Assembly: GCA_963662335.2 (NCBI GenBank) | Contig: CAXXVD010000001.1 | Coordinates: 640,001-704,000 of the forward strand | From: Chloroflexota bacterium | GTDB taxonomy: Bacteria > Chloroflexota > UBA11872 > VXOZ01 | Reading direction: 5' to 3' | DNA: 64,000 nt | Shown: positions 59,201 to 64,000 of the stretch, in pieces | How positions within the stretch are numbered: the stretch's first letter is position 1 | How the letters are laid out: each line of letters begins with the position of its first letter | Translations under genes and position numbers: made by a program | The notes under the pieces: generated by a model | Told to the model about the DNA's origin: nothing | Seen by the model: only the letters and a program-made list of their open reading frames with translations | Databases searched by the model: none

Positions 59201-59374
59201 ATGGAAGTAAACGGTGAATTTATCGCCACTATAGCCGTCGGACTTGCGATTCTCGGTCTCCTATACCGTCTCGACGCGCGCCTGTCCCGGGCAGAGAGCC
59301 GCATATCGCGCATCGCGGGCTTGCTGGAAGGCTATTTCATCCAGGCGAGCAAGAAGGATGGTGCGGCGCATTGA
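59201..59374 (+). CDS. Small TM + coiled-coil hypothetical protein
   Basis: GGAG RBS; IATIAVGLAILGLL then RLSRAESRISRIAGLLEG. Confidence 0.6.
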   Translation: MEVNGEFIATIAVGLAILGLLYRLDARLSRAESRISRIAGLLEGYFIQASKKDGAAH

Positions 59375-59463
59375 ACGCTCGCCGGCAGCACTCGCATGAG
59401 CCAGTCGATGCGCTTCCAGCAGGCCGTCCCCGCAGCAACCGCAAGTCATCCCAAAGGGCGCGC

Positions 59464-59511
59464 CTACGAAACCGGGACGCCGATGCCGAATACGGCGGCG
59501 ATGATGGCGAC
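59464..59511 (-). pseudogene. Displaced duplicate 3' end of the Yip1 gene (VAIIAAVFGIGVPVS*)
   Basis: 59473-59511 matches 60026-60064 at 36/39, all differences synonymous. Confidence 0.85.
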
Positions 59512-59924
59512 TAGGCGTCGTTCGCGCGGTCGTTTCCGGATTCCAGTACGCGATTCAGGTCTTCGATCTTGCCTTGGGATACCCTGATTGAAGCCTCACG
59601 AGCCAGTGCTGCCGCTTGCTTTCTGTGACTTCGCGGAAACTTCATTCTGAACTCGCCTTGCTTGGCGTTGGGGATGTCCTCGACAAGCTGCATGCTATCC
59701 ACTGCCACGGTAAGGTTGGCGCCGAGCATGTTCGATTGCAGTTGGACTTCGCGGACTTGCTCGAAGGGAAGTTCAACTCGCTTGACCCCTGACTTGAAAG
59801 CGCCGATGAGACCATCCTTGATCTGGAACTCCAATGTCAAAGAGTCAGACGAGATGCGCACGAGGCCTTCCGCATCCGCAAGACCCCCATAGAGGTCAGG
59901 AAACTGAAATGGGACGGAATCCAT
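59511..59924 (-). CDS. Hypothetical protein, possible PH-like fold
   Basis: 137 aa MDSVPFQFPDLYGG..GLVRISSDSLTLEF..VELPFEQVREV; lower GC than neighbours. Confidence 0.75.
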   Translation of the reverse strand: MDSVPFQFPDLYGGLADAEGLVRISSDSLTLEFQIKDGLIGAFKSGVKRVELPFEQVREVQLQSNMLGANLTVAVDSMQLVEDIPNAKQGEFRMKFPRSHRKQAAALAREASIRVSQGKIEDLNRVLESGNDRANDA

Positions 59925-60010
59925 TCCCGCAAGTCCTTTCCAATGCTTAGTTGGCGTGCACTCAAACCGTGACGCTAGCGTGCATGCCAATGCTTCCAAC
60001 CTGCCAAAGC

Positions 60011-60568
60011 TCAACCCGTGGCGGTCGGAACGCCAATGCCGAACACGGCGGCGATGATGGCGACGACTATGGCCATGACAACCCAGCCAATGATCGCGGT
60101 CAAGATTGCCTTGCCGGTGCCCACGTCCAGCGCCTGGCGGATTGCGATGAGGCCGGCAAGGAGCACCCAGACGAGCAGCGCGAGCCGCAGCAAGCCGCCG
60201 AGCAAGGGAATTGCGCCCAGCAGGCCCATGAAGACGGCGAGCACGTTGGGCGATTGGGCAAAGCCAAGGGTGCGCAGCATCTCGCCGTAGCTGGCGGTGC
60301 CGCCGAAGATTCTGGTGCCGATGAAATACGTCACGAACGCCCACACCAGCCAGCCCGCCAAGGCCGCCAGAATCCCGCCGACGAGGCCCGTTACCGCGTC
60401 GATGGGGCTCAGGGTGAGCAGCTTCCACAAAGCGCCGCCGATGCCGCCGGCGATGGCGACAATGACGACGACCTGCAGGGCCTGGGTGGTGGCGTTGCGG
60501 TCGTGCTCCACCTCCTCGTAGAGACTGGGATCGAGCATGGCGGCGCGAATCATGCGGTTGACGAGCAT
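60011..60568 (-). CDS. Yip1 family membrane protein
   Basis: RMIRAAMLD..LYEEVEHD..AT.QAL, LRTLGFAQSP, AIRQALD. Confidence 0.85.
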   Translation of the reverse strand: MLVNRMIRAAMLDPSLYEEVEHDRNATTQALQVVVIVAIAGGIGGALWKLLTLSPIDAVTGLVGGILAALAGWLVWAFVTYFIGTRIFGGTASYGEMLRTLGFAQSPNVLAVFMGLLGAIPLLGGLLRLALLVWVLLAGLIAIRQALDVGTGKAILTAIIGWVVMAIVVAIIAAVFGIGVPTATG

Positions 60569-60739
60569 GAGAGATTCCTTTCTGCGTTCGTCCGCGGCTT
60601 CCTCTGCGCGCGGGCAACAGCGGGCGCTTACAATCCTCTTCAAATACTAACACACCGCTTTAGATATTGCAACATTAGTTTTCACTTTTTAGATTCTTAA
60701 AGGGTCTTATTGAAGAGTAGCCTGTGCGCAGCCCCGACG

Positions 60740-60896
60740 CATGTCGTTCCGAACGGAGCCCACATGTCATTCCGAACGGAGCGCAGCGGAGTGAGGAATC
60801 TATGGAACCAAATCGCCATAGGCCGTTCCTGGCGCCGGCCGCAACTGGCGACTCGCGCACGCCCGCTCTAGATTCCTCGCTGCGCTCGGAATGACA
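60740..60896. repeat. TGTCATTC REP doublet with long spacer and 23-bp duplicated left end
   Basis: CATGTC(G/A)TTCCGAACGGAGC at 60740 and 60763; right arm ends 60896. Confidence 0.8.
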
Positions 60897-60996
60897 GTAC
60901 GGTCAACACTGCCTCGTTAAGTGCGGATTCTGTCAATGAATTACTGGACAGCTACAGGAATGGCATTGCGGGCGACGGGCTGCCCAAGCGTTTTCG

Positions 60997-61590
60997 TCAC
61001 TCGGTCGGCGCCTGGAAGACCTCGGGGAAGAGCACGAACGTGACGGAAGCTGACAGCACCACCAACACGACGGCGACGATGACCATCGTTATCGTCGCCT
61101 TGCCGGTGCTAATGCCCAGGGTCTGCCGCGCGGCGACCGCGCTGGCGACAAGCACCCAAATCGCGGCCGCGAAACCTAAGATCCCGCCCAGGATCGCCCC
61201 GGCGGTCTGCCCCAAAAAGGCCAGCGGCACACCGAGAATGGCGATTACGCTAGGCGACTGCGCAAAAGCCAGCGCGCGCAGCGACTCCTGGAAACTACCC
61301 GCGCCCCCAAAGACGCCGGTGCCGATGAGGTAGACCAGGGACGCCGCAACTACCCAGCCGACGATGGTGGACGCGGCGGTGAACCAGATGCTGGTCGGAA
61401 CATCCGCGTTCGGCCCCACCGCCGCTTCCGGCGCGGCGTTGAGGGTCTGCACGACGCTGCCCAAGATGCCGATGACGCCCACGATGACGATGACTTGCAC
61501 CGCCTGGTTCATGGATTCGCGGTCTTCCTTGATCTCGTCGAAAACGAGCGAGTCCAACATCGCGGCGCGGAACATGCGGTCGGTTAGCAT
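60997..61590 (-). CDS. Yip1 family membrane protein (paralog)
   Basis: RMFRAAMLD, LRALAFAQSP, ARQTLGISTGKA. Confidence 0.85.
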   Translation of the reverse strand: MLTDRMFRAAMLDSLVFDEIKEDRESMNQAVQVIVIVGVIGILGSVVQTLNAAPEAAVGPNADVPTSIWFTAASTIVGWVVAASLVYLIGTGVFGGAGSFQESLRALAFAQSPSVIAILGVPLAFLGQTAGAILGGILGFAAAIWVLVASAVAARQTLGISTGKATITMVIVAVVLVVLSASVTFVLFPEVFQAPTE

Positions 61591-61649
61591 GGCTGCTCCT
61601 TAGAGGTCGAACTCCGTCTGCCTGGCCTACGTCTGTTTACGCTCGCTTA

Positions 61650-61806
61650 GTCTGCGCAAGGGACGTTTGTAATGTCTGCGCAAGGGACGTTTGTAATGTC
61701 TGCGCGAGGGACGATTGCATTGTCTGCGCGAGGGACACTTGTATCGTCCACGCGAGGCGTAATGTCTACGCGAGGGACGTTCGCCCTGAGCCTGTCGAAG
61801 GGTGAA
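61650..61806. repeat. Decaying 24-bp tandem repeat (~6 units) fused to a CGTTCGCCCTGAGCCTGTCGAAGGG REP
   Basis: GTCTGCGC(A/G)AGGGAC.. units at 61650, 61674, 61698, 61722, 61746, 61764. Confidence 0.85.
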
Positions 61807-61824
61807 TGTGAGCGCCGCAGTGGA

Positions 61825-62205
61825 TTACGCACTCAGCGGTTCCAGCTTCTCCACCAGAGTTGCTACCTCGTCGATGCCGTCTTGCACCAATTCGTCCGAT
61901 TGCCAGTTCTCGTAGAAGTTCGTGTGCAGCGAATTAGCCGACCTAAACAGATGGAGAAACGCAGAGTCTCCCGTCTCCCGATAGATTCTGGTAATTGCAT
62001 CGAAGAGGAGGCGATGCCCGTTGTGCCGCCAACCGCGGCGCTGCGCCACGGCTTTCACCGCGTGCGCCGCCGCGCCCCAGGCCTTCTCCGATGCTTGGAG
62101 CCGGTCGCCTCTGTCAATCTCATCTTGCGCCTGGCGCAGGAATTGGCGGCTGATGCGCCGGTGCTCCGCTACCCTGGGATCCCTGCCGCTGACCTGCGTG
62201 GCCAC
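61825..62205 (-). CDS. PaREP1/HEPN-like protein
   Basis: GDRLQASEKAWGAAAHAVKA.A..RGW, ANSLHTNFYE. Confidence 0.85.
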   Translation of the reverse strand: MATQVSGRDPRVAEHRRISRQFLRQAQDEIDRGDRLQASEKAWGAAAHAVKAVAQRRGWRHNGHRLLFDAITRIYRETGDSAFLHLFRSANSLHTNFYENWQSDELVQDGIDEVATLVEKLEPLSA

Positions 62206-62339
62206 GTTATGCCTTCTGTTCTCGTCTTGCAGTGTTCGTCGTCAAGGCGTCTTTCAGTGTAGCACGACTCATACGAAAGCGGTGGGCGCGCTTCGGTATT
62301 TTCTGTGCCGCGCGCGTGTTCCCGCCAAGCCAATTAGCC

Positions 62340-62363
62340 GTAGCGCGGGGGCTTGTCCCCCGC
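62340..62363. repeat. GTAGCGCGGGGGCTTGTCCCCCGC REP
   Basis: Identical to the core of the 7887 array unit. Confidence 0.85.
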
Positions 62364-62573
62364 AGCGTCGTAACGCCGGGCCCCCTGCGGCAAGCCGGCC
62401 CGCTTGCTGTATACTGAGGTGGATGGCGTGTTTTGTCAATGTTCAGCGCGGCGCCTCCCGTTGCACGCCTTGACATTAGCCTCCCGCCGCAGCAGGATAA
62501 CAGTCAAGTAAACGAAGCGCGTGCCGCATCATGCAGGCACATCCAAGACACCGCCGAGAGGAGCACAGAAACC

Positions 62574-63413
62574 ATGAGTATCGCCCTGGCAGAACCGCAG
62601 CGACTGTCCGCAGCCGACGTGGACTTCTTCAACGAGCACGGCTACCTGCGCCTGCGGCAGGTGTTCGACCCGCAGGAGGTTTCCGCGCTCAGCGAGGAAC
62701 TCGACCACATCATTCAATACTTCGCCACCCACGGCAAGGGCTGGACCGGCCCGTGGCGCAAGCAACTGATGGAAGCCGACGCGGAAGCAAAAAGCCTGCT
62801 GGTGACTATTCACGAACTCCAGAGCTATAGCGAGGCCTGGGCGCGGGCGCTGGTGAACGAGCGCCTGGTGCAGTCGGTTGCCGACATCATCGGGCCGGAC
62901 CTGGAGTTCCACCACAGCACGCTGCACGCCAAAGGCCCGGATACCGGCACGCCCTTCCCCATGCACCAGGACTACCCCTTCTACCCCCACCAGGACGGGC
63001 GCTATATCGACGCCATCGTGCACGTGGACGGCGCCGATGAGACCAGCGGCTGCTTGAAGTTCCTGGACGGCAGCCACAACCTGGGGCCGCTGGAGCACAG
63101 CCGCGAAGGCTCGCCGCACCTGGACCAGAACGTCTACCGCCTGCAAGACGCCACCTCCGTGCCGGCGGCACCGGGCGACGTGGTGCTCTTCAGCATCTGG
63201 ACGATCCACGGCTCGGCGCTCAACGAGCAGCCCCGCTGGCGGCGCGTGGTGCGCTTCGGCTACCGCAACCCGCGCAATCTCCAGGTCAGCGGCCAAGCCA
63301 TGGGCCGCCCCGGCATCATGGTGCGCAGCGTCCGCCCCAAACTGGAAAACCAGAGCATAGAGGTCTACGGCAACTGGGGGCCGCAGGCGGTAGCGCCGCG
63401 GGATGACGACTAG
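62574..63413 (+). CDS. Phytanoyl-CoA dioxygenase (PhyH) family Fe/2OG enzyme
   Basis: FFNEHGYL, MHQDY, GCLKFLDGSH, GDVVLF..TIHGS..N..RR; GAGGAG RBS. Confidence 0.92.
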   Translation: MSIALAEPQRLSAADVDFFNEHGYLRLRQVFDPQEVSALSEELDHIIQYFATHGKGWTGPWRKQLMEADAEAKSLLVTIHELQSYSEAWARALVNERLVQSVADIIGPDLEFHHSTLHAKGPDTGTPFPMHQDYPFYPHQDGRYIDAIVHVDGADETSGCLKFLDGSHNLGPLEHSREGSPHLDQNVYRLQDATSVPAAPGDVVLFSIWTIHGSALNEQPRWRRVVRFGYRNPRNLQVSGQAMGRPGIMVRSVRPKLENQSIEVYGNWGPQAVAPRDDD

Positions 63414-63502
63414 AAGAGCGTTTGCATGTCAATAGGTTGCGCATTCATTGGTAGCGCTTTGTACGCGCCGCTGACACAAACTCTCCTATAGAGGAGGTCC
63501 AC

Positions 63503-64000
63503 ATGCGCCAACACGCCATCCACGTCGCGCAGATGATACTGCTAGCTGTCGCTATTCTGCTGGTTGGCGCATGCGCTGATCCGGGGCCGAAGCCTGGATT
63601 GGAGGCGCGACAGCTTTGGGGATACAAGATGGAAGGCGCAATATATTCCACGCCGTCTGTGGCGGATGGCGTGGTCTACTTTGGCTCTTATGACAATCAT
63701 GTCTACGCTCTGGACGCACGTACCGGAGAGTTTCGTTGGCGCTACCGAACAGGCGACAGTGTAGTGGCTTCACCGACGGTGTCTGACGGCGTGGTCTATG
63801 TCGGCTCTCACGACGGCTACCTTTACGCACTTGATGCAGCTACTGGCGGATTGCGTTGGCGGCACCGAGCTAGAGGAACAGTCAACTCTCCTCCAGCGAT
63901 CGCTGGTGGTGTGATTCTCAGTCGCACACAGGGCGGACGGCTGTTCGCGCTGGACGTCGAGTCCGGTTCTCCTCTCTGGCAGTTTAGGGGCACCCAAATA
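63503..64000 (+). CDS. PQQ-like beta-propeller repeat lipoprotein, 3'-truncated (absent from ORF track)
   Basis: GAGGAGG RBS, VGAC lipobox, repeats STPSVADGVVYFGSYDNHVYALDARTGEFRW / SPTVSDGVVYVGSHDGYLYALDAATGGLRW. Confidence 0.88.
   Translation, partial: MRQHAIHVAQMILLAVAILLVGACADPGPKPGLEARQLWGYKMEGAIYSTPSVADGVVYFGSYDNHVYALDARTGEFRWRYRTGDSVVASPTVSDGVVYVGSHDGYLYALDAATGGLRWRHRARGTVNSPPAIAGGVILSRTQGGRLFALDVESGSPLWQFRGTQI

Noticed and set aside
59925-60653. 380-aa ORF 59511-60653 as one gene
   Set aside because: The upstream part is an alternative frame of the Yip1 gene; only the region from ATG 59924 looks protein-like
61650-61778. Possible CRISPR or iteron array
   Set aside because: Contiguous decaying 24-bp tandem units without unique spacers; no cas or rep gene nearby

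Overview
GC-rich bacterial chromosomal segment, most likely Chloroflexota (inferred from Tat-lipoprotein solute-binding proteins, many Gfo/Idh/MocA enzymes and the gene styles; possibly a host- or sponge-associated lineage). The backbone carries housekeeping genes (rpsU, gmd, murJ, guaB, fhs, nadK-recN, tyrS, lysA, proB, plsY, ggt, fabI) and catabolic genes. Lower-GC cargo sits between them: a type II restriction-modification pair, an ImmA/IrrE + DUF4411 pair and a small PH-like gene; an orphan PaREP1/HEPN gene is also present. Many intergenic gaps hold palindromic REP/REPIN-like repeats of about seven families; some are nested inside outer inverted repeats, some are tandemly stuttered, and one pair has a flipped loop. 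No transposase, CRISPR array, rRNA or tRNA was recognised. The most notable observations are (1) two NCS2 permeases fused to a degenerate GHKL/anti-sigma-like domain, flanking a stand-alone four-Cache lipoprotein; (2) cargo insertion that leaves a duplicated gene 3' end, plus extreme C-ending codon tracts at gene ends facing cargo; (3) nested and flip-flop repeat elements; (4) a split MetE next to fhs; (5) a beta-propeller apparently inserted inside an Ig-like domain. All family assignments come from reading motifs, not from database searches.
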